Source of the DNA: Octopus sinensis
Taxonomy: Eukaryota
Reading direction: 5' to 3'
NCBI RefSeq assembly: GCF_006345805.1
Contig: NC_043021.1
Span: forward strand, 18,104,001 to 18,168,000
Length of the DNA: 64,000 nt
The position numbers and the translations under genes were made by a program. Below the pieces are notes generated by a model. It searched no databases, was not told the origin of the DNA, and saw only the letters and a program-made list of their open reading frames with translations. Shown in pieces: positions 40,246 through 53,256 of the stretch (the stretch's first letter is position 1; every line of letters begins with the position of its first letter).

Positions 40246-41594
40246 ATTATTATTATTATTATGACCTACACTCATGGAGTGGTTGGCGTTAGGAAGGGCA
40301 TCCAGCTGTAGAAACATTACCAGATCAGACTGGGCCTGGTGCAGCCTTCTGGCTTCCCAGACCCCAGTTGCACCGTCCAACCCATGCCAGCATGGAAAGC
40401 GGACGCTAAACGATGATGATGATGATGAGGAGGATTATTAGTGTGTGCGTGTGTGTAAGCAATGATTTTTAAAATTTTATCTAGTTTCAGCTCACGAGCT
40501 GTGGCCATGCTGGGGCACCGCCATTTTGCGGGGGCACTGCCATTTGGTTGCAAAATTGTTCAAATTAAGGTGTTTTGTAGAATCTCTCTCACTAGCTCAC
40601 GTGGTCCTCATTAAAACAAAAAAACAAAAAAAGAGGTTTTTTTTCTTTTTTTTTCGGTTGCTAAATGAATCAGATTGAGTTGCTTGATGTTATTTTAAAG
40701 ACAGATGGAAGTAAGTGTGTCTCTATTTGAAAGACATTCAGGAGATTGTTGATAGAGATTTTGATGCTACATTGAGCAGGTCAAGCTACTGTGGTGTAGA
40801 AGCTTCCTCACAAGCTGTATAACAGCTAATCTGTTTTGTTTCGAAAAGAGAACAGTTTGTATTGCATTAAGAAGGTTTATTTATGTTAAGCAAGCAGCAC
40901 TATGTCATCTTGTTAATGCATCAAAACTCTCTCTCTCCCGCCTTCTTCTCATCTGCCATTGTCTTCATAGAGATGATCATTGTTTTAAGACTGCCTCTCT
41001 AGATGGCGTTCGTTGTCTTTTGGCATGATGTGCATGAGTGTGTGTGCGTGTATGCATGAGTGTGTGTGTGTGTGTGCATATTTGTGTGTGTGTGAAGAAG
41101 TGATTAGATTACGTAATGGTTTGGCTATTGATCACAGCTATCAATAGAAGTGATATCTCTCCATCCATCTATCTATCTATCTGACTGATTGTAAAAGTTG
41201 GTTACACACTGGTTGTGTCTGTCTCTGCTAGAAGATGTCACAAATTATTGGGAATTATTGCTCTGTCTATATGTGTGTGTGTGTGTGTGTTGGTGTTGGT
41301 GAGGAAGAGATTTCCTATTCGAGTGGATGGTGGTGGTGCTGCTGGTGGTAGTGGTGGTGGTGGTGTAGTATGCTGTTTGAATTGCATTTTTTTTTCTCCC
41401 TTCTCCATTTTATAATATTCTATTTTAGTTTTGCAACAGTCTTTAGCTTATTTCTGAGACATGGTAGATATTAAAGGAAAATATCAAATCTCCCTCCTCC
41501 TACCTTAAATGTCTCTTTCCATCCATCACTTCTCTCTCTCTCTCACTACTCCTCTCTCTCTCTCTCTCTTACTTTCTTAATTTTTTTTTTCACT

Positions 41595-41636
<42 letters not shown>

Positions 41637-41926
41637 ATGCCACTACATCTCCATCCTCTGCATTTCGTCTTCTTCCTCTTCTCCTCTTGCTCTCTTATTT
41701 GTCTCTACCACACTACCCATGCCCATCTTCCTCTTCCTCTATTTGGATCTGTCTCTTTCCTTTTATCTATTCTCTCTCTCTTCTCTCTCTCGTGCACACA
41801 CACACACTTTCTCTCTATCTCTGACATATTACAATAATGCAGTGTATGTTTGCAGAAAATGTATATACATACACACTTAGATGCACACACATGCACATAA
41901 TATGCATCTACACATACATACATACG

Positions 41927-41934
<8 letters not shown>

Positions 41935-41978
<44 letters not shown>

Positions 41979-42081
41979 ATATTTATTTATATATATATTT
42001 ATTTATATATATATATATATTATATATATATACATATATATATATATTTATTTATATATATATATTTATTTATATATATAT

Positions 42082-42131
<50 letters not shown>

Positions 42132-42158
42132 CATATATATATATATTATTTATATATG

Positions 42159-42200
<42 letters not shown>

Positions 42201-42600
42201 TGTATATATATGTATATATATATGTATATATATGTATATATATATGTATATATATATGTATATATATGTATATATATATGTATATATATGTATATATATA
42301 TGTATATATATGTATATATATATGTATATATATGTATATATATGTATATATATATGTATATATATGTATATATATATGTATATATATGTATATATATGTA
42401 TATATATGTATATATATGTATATATATATGTATATATATGTATATATATATGTATATATATGTATATATATATGTATGTATGTACATATGTATTTATGTA
42501 TATGTAGATGCATATTTATGTGCATGTGTGTGCATCTAAGTGTGTATGTATATAAATTTTATATATATATATATATACACACACATATATATATATGAGA
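41935..42600. repeat. Long (TA)n/(TATATG)n compound microsatellite
   Basis: Directly visible; source of the spurious YI-rich ORFs. Confidence 0.95.
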
Positions 42601-43105
42601 TACATGTGTGTGTATGTTTAAATCTATATCTATGTGTCTATAAAAGCTGATTATTGACAGACCCATGAAATCTATTGACTCTCTTATTGTTGTTGTTGTT
42701 ATGATTGCATTATTAACAAGTAATGCAACCCTTTAATAGAAACACGCATTAATTACATTGTTATTATACATACATACACATGAAACGGCACAAGAGCAGT
42801 CAGGCTACAGCAACAATAAGAGCTATATCTACATCTGCTGTTGGCTGGCTGGCTGGCTGGTTGGTTGGTTGGTTGGTTGGTGTTAGTGTTATGCAGTTAG
42901 CCATACCACCACCACCACCACCACCACCACCACCTCCACTGCTGCTGCTGCTACTGTTACCAGCTACCATTATCACCATCACCTTATTCCACCGCACCAT
43001 CTATCATATGTAATGTCACTGTACCACCACCTCTATCTACAACCACTCCCTACCTGCCACCAGCCTCTGTAATAATACTAACCCACAACCACCGCCACCA
43101 CCACT

Positions 43106-43158
<53 letters not shown>

Positions 43159-44374
43159 CGCCACTACTACCACCACCACCACCATCACCACCACCACCAC
43201 CGCTACTACTGCCACTACCACCACCATTATTACTGTGAGTACTAAAATACCACCACCACCACCACCACCACCACCAACAGTAATAGCAATTCTACACTGT
43301 GCTTCCCACCACCACCGCCACCACCACCACCACCAGTGTTAATGTTGTTATTGTTGTCTCTGCTGCTCTGACTTCATGTTCTGTCATGTTTAACACATGT
43401 GTGACCAAACGTTTGTATGTGTGTGTGTGTGTGTGTGTTCATAGGCCAACTGCTCCACCCCTCTATCTGACCCCTGCTTGTCAGATGACCCTTTACATTT
43501 GTTGATTGTCATTCTTTTACCATCCATACCACCTTCTTACCTGCTTTCTTCCATTTAATGCTGGTGTGGTAGTAGTAGTAGTAGTATCAGGAGCAGCAGC
43601 AGCAGTGGTGGTAAGTAGTATTGGTGCTGATAGCAGTAGCACTGGTGAGAGTGATGGTAGTGCTGGTGGTGGTGGTATTGGTCACTGGTAGTATTGGTGA
43701 TGGTGGTGGTGGTGTGGTCAGAGGGATGAGTGAATTACATAGAACAGAGAAAGACCACCACTACTTCTCCCATAAGTCACATTTACATCACTCACTCCTC
43801 TACTGGCATCAACACCACCACTGCATCAACTCTTCTTCTTCTTCTTCTTCTTCTTCTTCAGCACTCATACCACCACTACCACCACTACCACCGCTATTTT
43901 CCTTCCCAGTGTTCTGTTATGTAAAGTTGCTCTATCTAATTGACACAGTTTGTAATCAAGTGGAAAGAAAAGTGACAGAATTAAATAATAATTACACACA
44001 CACACACACACACACACATCCATATAAGGCAACAGTGATTTCTGCATATGCACCACAGTCAGGTCTAACATTCAAGCAAGAGCAGGACCGTGTGTCTATG
44101 AGATACTTGTGCAGACTACTTCCATAACCTATAACAGCTGCTTTGTGGTCACAGTTAGATACTTAAGTTGGCAGTCTGGTCGACACCAGGATGGTTACTT
44201 ATGTGTGCACATGGATGGTATGACACACTTATGGTACAAGGAAGGGAGAAATCAAGATCCCTGGGATTTGGTGACCTATATGGTCTAACCATTTGCAATT
44301 TAAAATTTTAGAAAGCCAATCAGCCACTGGGTTATCTGCCCTCAGGTGACCAGACAGACTTGATACTCACCAGG

Positions 44375-44408
<34 letters not shown>

Positions 44409-44739
44409 TTAGCATCCGCTTTCCATGCTAGCATGGGTTGGACGGTTCAACTGGGGTCTGGGAAGCCAGAAGGCTGCATCAGGCCCAGTCTGATCTGGCA
44501 GTGTTTCTACGGCTGGATGCACTTCCTAACGCCAGCCACTCCATGAGTGTAGTGGGTGCTTTTTACGTGCCACCCGCACAGGTGCCAGACGGAGCTGGCA
44601 AACAGCCACGGACGGATGGTGCTTTTTACGTGCCACCGGCACAGGGGCCAGGCGAGGCTGGCAACGGCCACGATCGGATGGTGCTTTTTTTAAATGTTTC
44701 CTCGATGAAGAATGTACTGCACCACATAGACGAGTGATC

Positions 44740-45950
44740 AGTGATTTCAGGATAAGAGCTGGAAGGATGATTCATGGACAGAAGTAAAAAGAAGATACAA
44801 AACTGGAGAAGGAAGTTATGGAAGCTGAAAGATTCCTCTGTGGTCTGTTAGTTCAAAGAATTATTAGAAAATGTCTATGATGAGAAGGAAGATAGAGTGC
44901 CATGATGTCTTGCAAACAACTTGCACATGCAAGTGCTACCAGTTAAAAGCTCTGTATACCGGAAGCTAGCAAGTGTATGGGGTCATCAGGAGAGAATGCA
45001 CACCGTTTCGGGGCCTACCTCTCGACGGCATCAATGCGCCCCCCCCCACTGATATGAGGCCCCACTTGCTAGATCAGCTGGTTATGAAGAACTCAATATA
45101 CTTCTAGCCATCGCTCATTGTTTCTTTTTAACCAAATCCAGCGGCTAGCCTTCTCCACTGTAGATAGAGTACCATGATATAAAGGATAGCTTCAAGTTTC
45201 CATTAGACAACCTGTTTAAAATCACAGGCAGGGTCCATAGGTGTAGCTAACCTGAGGATGGTAGGTTGGTGGAATGGAATGGTATGGTAAATAGAGTTGC
45301 AAAAGCCAAGAGGCAGGTCTGTAAAGGATGTGAGAAAGTGGTGGGAAAGAATCAAGGGACAATATCAGGTTGATAGAAGAGAAGCTAGATGTCAGGTAAA
45401 ATTAGCAAAAAGTGAAGCTGAAAGTAAAAGGTTTACTAATGTTCCATGCTTTGAGGATCAGAGATTGTACTGGGTTAGTGACTGAGGTTGACAGCTATAT
45501 GGTCATAAGGGCCATTGAGATATGAAAACAAGGAAAGCAGCAGGACCATTAGGAATAGTTTCCAAGATGCTGAAAATATACAGAGAGGTAGAACACACTA
45601 GTTTAATATAGGGAGTTGTTTTCCTTGATGAGTGGCTTATCATCACCCTCCTCCTCATCATCATCAACTGTCAGAAAAGGAGAAACTACAGAGAATCAAG
45701 TTGATGGCCTAAGCTCTGAAAGTCGTTGAAAGAGTTAGATCCACTGATACCTACTTTTCAGTGAGACAACTACTCAGAGAAGTTCTTAACTAAGAGTAAA
45801 CCTTCACTGACCTGGAGGGAGGCCTTTGATTGAGTGTCCTACCCTGTAGTCTTGTGATCATTAAGGAAACTTGGTGTTTGTGAATTTCTTATGAGTTATG
45901 TAAGCCATGTACAGGGATTTTGGTGGTATGGTGAGAGTTCAGCAATGTGT
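44740..45950 (+). pseudogene. Decayed internal fragment of an RTE-type LINE ORF (linker to RT start)
   Basis: Peptide remnants REARCQVKLAKSEAE, MKTRKAAGPLGI, ENYR, and gacctggagggaggcctttgat (cf. DLEKAFD). Confidence 0.65.
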
Positions 45951-48263
45951 TCTGTAAAGGATTTAGTGTACAACAACTAAATATTACAAGTTGTGATCAA
46001 TAGTATTACTGGATACAGTTTCCTTGTAAGCTGATTATTGATTCACTGCATTTCTGAAGGTGAGGATGGCAAGTGAGTGTCTGTGACTTGATCCAGAACA
46101 AACATCCCAAAGGACTTCATTTGAAGGCACAAGTCTTTCTATAATGTATACATCCTTTATGGATATTAGACAATATATAAATTCCAATCACAAGGTATTG
46201 GTGAACTCCACCTAATATTTGGTAGAATATACTTGCTCAAGGAGCCAAGTTTATTTTACCCTATGTTTGTAGAGTGGAATTCTTAATGTCATGGCCATTC
46301 CTGCAAAATAGGTGTAACTTAATCGTATAAATGAAACAAAATGGCAACATAAAGAGGTGACAGGAACAATTGTTTAGGCTTAATTGTGAGGAATTAGTCA
46401 GGCTTAATTAGATGGAAGTCTAGGTCAACCTGAAACAGAAAACCCATGATCAAAGACATTCCAACTGTGGCCATTTCAACATTTTTTTTCATCAAGTATA
46501 GTGGTGTTAGGCCTAATCTATCAAATGCATGTCCTTTTTATTTTAAATGTTAGGGTGCAATTTGAGGGAAATTTGGTTGATATTTCTAGCATGGGTGGTA
46601 ACCATGAATATACTTCCTCTAAGGGTGATCATAATTTCAAGGTACCTCATCATTGATAACTGTGTACATATTAGATGCCATAAGATCATTATTGTAAATA
46701 CAATTGTAGGAACACCTTCTTTGTTACTTAATATGTTAGAAACAACAGCCAGAACTCCTTCAAACCATACCAAGACTTCTTCAAAAAAAAAATGAAAAAC
46801 AAATGGAAAAGAATACGTTTTGGATAATGTCACCACCAGCACCACCATCATCATCATCATCATTTAGTGTCCGTTTTTCATGCTGGCATGGGTTAGACGA
46901 TTTGCATGGGATTGGTAAGCTAGAGTGCTGTATCAGGCTCCAGTCTGATTTGGCTTGGTTTTTATGACTGGATGCCCTCCTAACACCAACCTCTCCAAGA
47001 GTGTAGTGGGTGCTTTCTATGTGTCACTGGCATAGGTGCCTTTTATGTGTCACCAGCACCTCCACCCCTCAGACTGATTTCATTTGGCTTGATGTGTCTT
47101 CTCAAGCACAGCAAATCACCAAATGCCTCGATTGCTTATCATTCCTGCTGTGAAACTCAACATCCAAAGATCATGCTTCATCACTTCATCCCATGTCTTC
47201 CATGTAATTCTGGATAAACTGTTTCAGTAAAAGATGTCATGATCATGGCTGTAACATCTTTGATTATAGTTCTTCCCAACCAGTGCTGAACACCACCACC
47301 ACCACCAACAACAACAATAATGCATTGTGATTATGGTAGTTCCCAAACAGTAAAGCATTCTGTCAAGACAATGTAACAAAACAGTGAAAGAGGATGGTTA
47401 GTAATGGTGGGGTATTTTATGGTTAAGGTGTTTGGTTTGTAATCATAAGTCTTTGGATCAATTCCTCCTCCTCCCAGCTGTTACATCCCAGGTATTTTGC
47501 TGGCTCAAGGGTGAGGGAGCCAAGAAGCTGTCTATGTCTTCTCATATCACTACATAAGCACATAAAACAATTAGCAAAGGCAGGGTCCATTTTTACCAAG
47601 TTGCACTCCCTTTTCAGTGACAGCTGGCTATTCTGTAAGAACAGGTGGGCCTTCTTTGTTCTTTCTTTCTTTCTTTCACATTGCAACCCATTGATTAAGC
47701 TTTGGTTATTTACTCAGACCCTTCTGTCAGCAGATAAAATATTCGTCTTTGTATGATCTTGCTCTAATTCCTCATCAATTTGGAGCCTGTATCAGAACAG
47801 TCTTTGTTTAGACATATGTTTTTAATTATCTTCTCATTTCTCTCTCAGTCCCTTGTGGTCAAATTTAGCATATAGTTTTGCCAAAAATGATTGGTCATCT
47901 ATATTGGCAACATTTAATCCAGAAGTGAAATTGTAGAATATCTGGTAACTTGATTTGGTTTGGTGACTGAGAAAGAATTTGATATTTCATGAATGCATTT
48001 GGGCCTCGGCTTCCAAGCAGAAGAATATATTGTAGTATTATTACCTATGTCACCATCTTGCCATAGTATAGTGATATATAAGCATGTAGTTTAGTTATAT
48101 GTATGTGGTAGTATATTTATAGCTATATATACATATTTATCTCTGTCTATGTAAGATAAAGTATGCTACAGAATTTAAATATGGTATTATATAGTATAAT
48201 TGTAATATGGTTATATAGTATAATTATAGTATAGTTTTATACTAAAATTATGGTATAGTTTTG

Positions 48264-50949
48264 TGTTGTAGTGAAAACGGTGCTCCCCTTCCATGTGACA
48301 AAGTGGTATGAACCAGCCACTATGTAAGTCAGTAGTAGCAGAGTCATTGTACAAGTTCGAAGTCAGTGTCAGTTATATGATATGAGTTCAAGTTACTGTC
48401 AAGGTAAACTTTTTGAAGTCATTGTCTTGCGGAGCTATCAGTGATAGCACAATAGATGTGTCAAAGATAAGACATGGAATACCGCCACAACGTAATAGTG
48501 GTGACAAGAATGTTACAGTGCTGACAATAACAATACAAGAGGACGAGGATCTACAATATAACAATGGTGACAAGGATATAAACAATTCATGCAGACAAAA
48601 AAAAAATTTCTTTTTCATGAGAAAATAAACAATTCATATGGAGAAATTAAAAACTTGATAGAGGAGTAATAAACATTTTTGTTGCAGATATTTTACAAAA
48701 ACTCTGTAAAATTATGGAAAACTTGTTGGAGGGTCTGGTTGAGTTGCAAAATCAGCGACAACAACAACTTAAAGAACAACAGCAAACATTACAGCCACAA
48801 ATGCTATAACCAATGAAGTTGGTAACAAAACCAGAAAATATATTTTTGCCAGATCAATTAGCAAATTCAATAAACGAATATAAATATGACCCAGAAGAAG
48901 GAGTCACCTTTGAGGCATATTACTGAAGATTTGAACAAATTTTCGAAAAAGAATGTTAAGACTTGATGAATGAAAGGAAAACGTGCCTAATTCTGGGGAC
49001 GATAGAGCATGAAAAATACTGTAACTTTATACTCCCTAAAAAAGTTTCTGACATAAATTTCATGGACACAATTGATATTTTATGTAGGATGCTTAGTGAA
49101 AAAACATCATTGTTCAACACACATTGGAAGTGTTTGAATATTGAGAAAAGTGATGACAAAGATTTTGCCACACATGCAGGTAGAGTGAACAGAGAGTGTG
49201 AGAAATTTAAACTGGGTAAACTAACTCCAGTGCCTAATTTTTGCTCAGGGACTTATTGCTAAAAATGACGCAGAAATCAGAATGGAAATTCTTGCAAAGC
49301 TGGAAATGAACCAGGATATAACTCACCAGAAACTGTCAGAAGAGTGCAATATGATATTAAAAGTAAGACACAACACAGAAGACATCCAACGCAGAGATTG
49401 TTTACAGATAAAACCAGTGTGGAAGAGTCGGAAGACAGATAAAGTGTTTCACAAGAAACACGACAAGCAACAGGAGATAAACCCATGTATGACATATGGT
49501 AGTAGACACCTGAGAAAAGAGTATCCTTTCAAAAAAGCAAAGTGTTTTTGTTGTGGGAACATAGGACACACATTAAATTGAACTGTAGAACTAAAGTGAT
49601 GAAAAATTGAACCAAATGAGGAAAAATAAGTGGTTTGTCATCAGAGAAAAAAGTTTGTACAACGAACAGAAAATTCATCAAGGTGAGAATCGAAGCCACT
49701 AATGTCAAAATGCAATTAGACAAGGGTAGTGACATCACTACGAAAAAACATGGTGACGAATCGGTAAGCTGAAATTATCTAAATCAAATAAAGTAGCATT
49801 ATGGTATTACAGGAAAGAAATTATATTTCATCAGCGAATATATTTGCAATCTAACTTTTCAAGGTGAAACGAAAAGGAAAATCATTTATGTGTTGAAAAA
49901 AATCACAAAACCTATTTGGCATAGAATGCATGGGGTTATTTAAAATGTGGGATACCCCTACTGGTGCTCTCTGTGAAAATGTAGTCGGCATGGTCAGAAG
50001 TTCGAATGAGATCAAACAACAGACAAAAAATTAAAAAATTGTTTCCAAATGTTTCTTCGGAAGGGTTAGGCTGTTGCACTAAAACAAAAGTGAGGATCAC
50101 GGGGTAAAGGAACAGACAACACCTGTTTTTAGGCCCAAACGGAATGTGCTTTGAGAAAAGCAAACAAGGAAGTCACAGATGAAGTTGCTCTGCAGTAATT
50201 CCTAAGGGTATACAGGGTGACACTGAACCCTAGTACACCAGCAGAACTGATGTTTGCGAGGAGGGTGAAATCAGTTTTTGACAAACTCTTACCTGGCAAG
50301 GAAAGAAAAAGTACCAGAAAAGACAATCCAAAATTTTTCAAAACTGGTGATAAGATGTGCATGAGGTCGTATAAAAAGAAAATAATACTGGGAAGAAAGA
50401 AAAATTGCAAAGTACATAGGAAAAATGATGTATGGAATTAAAAGCAGAAAAGGTATTGGAAAAGACACAGAAACCAATTAAAGAGATTCATAGAAAATGA
50501 ACCAGACAGATTGGAAGAGCTGATGGAATGGCTGTATAGCATATTACAGGTACCAACACCATTACAGGTGGTTGAACCCACGTGTACAAGTGGAAGAAAA
50601 AGGAAGAACACAGAGTTCCTACAAATAGATGTCAAAAAGAAAATAAAAATATTAAGTTGAAAAAAATCCCCTAAAATAAAATTACTTGCTTCCCAAAGAA
50701 AAAAAAAACACTAAAAGGGGAGATGTTGAAGTGAAAAGGGTACTGCCCTTCCCATACAAGTTCCCAGTTGGAGTCAGTGTCAGTTATAAAGACGTTTGGA
50801 AGTCATTGTCTTGTGGAGCTATCAGTAATAGAACAATAGATGCATCAAAGTTAATAAGATGCTGAATACCACCACAACGTAATAGTGGTAACAAAAATAT
50901 TACAGAGATGACAATAACGTTCAAGTGAATGAGGATCCACATTATAATA
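48264..50949 (+). mobile_element. Gypsy/Ty3 (Mag-like, K02A2.6-like gag) LTR retrotransposon, internally deleted
   Basis: 5' LTR 48264-48563 (TG..CA), PBS tggtgacaagga, gag YDPEEGVTFEAYY, double Zn knuckle ...KCFCCGNIGH, protease LDKGSD, integrase tail PAELMFARRVKS, PPT aaaaggggaga, 3' LTR 50724-50949. Flanks ttttg/tttta. Confidence 0.9.
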
Positions 50950-51660
50950 TTTTATACTAAAATTATGGTATAGTTATATAGTATAACTGTAGTGTAGTTA
51001 TATGGTATAACTGTAGTATATTTATATAGTATAACTATGGTATAGTTATGTGTAAGCTATTTGAGATGTCATGGTCTTCACTTGTTTGTGGGATTGCAAA
51101 TATTAAAAAGAAAGAATAAAATAAAATGTGCTGGATCCATGGCCATCATTTCTACAAATATGAGAAAGTAAGAGATGTTTTATGATAAAGGTGTTAGTGC
51201 AGAGTTGAATAGGTACAGCACTGGACTGTGTTGCTTTGCGTTCTGAGTTCAAATATTGCTGAAGTCAAATTAGCCTTTTATCCTCCTGAGATCAATTAAT
51301 GAAAGTACCAGTCAAATATTAGGTTTATTGACTGTATTCTACTCTTCAAATTTGTGGCTGTTCCTCTGTGATAAATGATTATTAATTGAAGTTGATGATG
51401 CTATTGTTTAACCCCTGGTCATGTCTGATCTCGTAGGCCTCTGATTAGAGATGTTCCAAAGATGATCAATTTAATGTTTTCAGTTTTTCATACTTAGTGT
51501 ATCACAATGTCCTTCCTCTAAATACAGTTGTCTGTAATCTGAGGGATACTTGGCTGCTATTTAAGCCAGTCAAGTGACTGTATAGACACTTTCTTGTTGA
51601 CTCAAAAGAAAGGAAGATTTTTTTTTAGGATAGCTGTTGTTTAGTCTTAGATCAGCTTGG

Positions 51661-53193
51661 ATCTAGCAGATATTATTAAACCATGACCAGCTTGTCCTTT
51701 CTTCTCCACCCCACCCCGACATAGTGTATCTAGGACTATATGATTCAATGTCCTTCCCTTTTCCCTTTTTTTTTTAAGGCAATAGGATGTGATTTGAGGA
51801 AAATTTGACAGCTGTTCTTAGCAAGTCTAGTGGATACACAGGCTTCCTGTTTGGCTCATAAGAGAGGAATGAGGATTGTTTGCAGTAATTAGTGACTGTG
51901 CTAATTACAGAAGGAACCTTAAATCAAAACAACAATGAAATATTTCAACACACATATATTATTTGAGATGCTACCCTTCCTCCATATTACTTTATAAATG
52001 TTGTCTTCTCTTTTCATTTAGGGGGTTATTAAGACTTTTAGTGTCACTCGAAACTGTATACAACTATCTATCATTTCAGTTTAATCTCATTATAAAAACC
52101 TTTATTTTTGTTTAATTCCTAAATCTGTTTGTCCTTATTTCATCTCTGACCTGACCCCATTTCTTAATACATTTGGCCTACTTTTATTGTTATTATCTTC
52201 TCCCTGCCAATCATCAAGTTATGACATTTAGCTTTCACTCTTCCAGCCTCTCTCAACATGTCACTCCAGTCAGTCTATCTCAGTTTCTCTTACAGACAGC
52301 AGTTAAGTGACTGAAACCTTTCATTTCACACCACCTGTTGCCCTCACATCCAAATCTCTTCTTTGCTTTATCTTCACACCACCTGTCTCCAGCCCACCCT
52401 TGATATTCAGACACCTTCCTCTCTTCATTTCACTCATGTTACACACCCACAGCAGAATATATATAATCATGCTCTTTATTATTATTCCCTATACATTGTT
52501 TTTGTTTGATTCAGAATTTATCAATAATTTTTCTATTTCCTCCTATCTCAATCAGTTTCTCTCAATTTGAAATTCATAAAATATCTTTTTCTTTTATCAA
52601 CCTGAGGTATTAGGATAAGGAGACTATATATATATATATTATCATCATCATCATCATCATCATCGTCGTTTAACGTCCGTTCTCCATGCTAGCATGGGTT
52701 GGACGGTTCGACCGGGGTTCTGGGAAGCCAGAAGGCTGCACCAGGCTCCAGTCTAATTTGGCAATGTTTCTACAGCTGGATGCCCTTCCTAACGCCAACC
52801 ACTCCGTGAGTGTAGTGGGTGCTTTTTACGTGCCACCTGCACAGGTGCCAGGCGGGGCTGGCAACGGCCACGGTCAGATTGGTGTATTTTATGTGCCACC
52901 GGCACGGAAGCCAGTTGAGGCGGTGCTGGCATCGGCCACGAGTTGGATAGTGCTTTTTACGTACCACCAGACCAGGGATCCTGGCTGGTTCAATTCGATT
53001 TCGATACACACACAAGATTAATCAAGATTAATCAGCCGAAATTGCTAGGATGATCCGGTTCTTGACTGAAGATTGAAGGCTTCGAATGTCCTGTCCGTGT
53101 TTTTTGTATCGTCTTCTAAATGTTTTACGTTCTTGTCCCAGTTTGTATTTTTCTACATATAACACACACACACACACAACACACAACACACAC

Positions 53194-53256
<63 letters not shown>

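Noticed and set aside
40674-40710. Possible next BLTP2 exon IELLDVILKTDG with a GTAAGT donor (resembles human EVRIRTD)
   Set aside because: It starts in phase 0 whereas the previous exon ends in phase 2, and extending upstream hits an in-frame TAA. Similarity is too short.
41837-42598. Longest ORFs in the track (253 aa, 208 aa, YI-rich) and similar CV-, HT-, LS- and poly-V/T ORFs
   Set aside because: Translations of microsatellites that lack stop codons; no coding signal.
47400-48060. Coding-looking minus-strand stretch (87-aa ORF and neighbouring frames)
   Set aside because: Multiple stops in all frames and no recognisable family motif; needs BLASTx.
53060-53100. Second hammerhead-like motif (CTGAAGA...GAAT..GTC)
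   Set aside because: GAAA core is mutated and helices I and II do not pair; at most a dead Penelope-type remnant.
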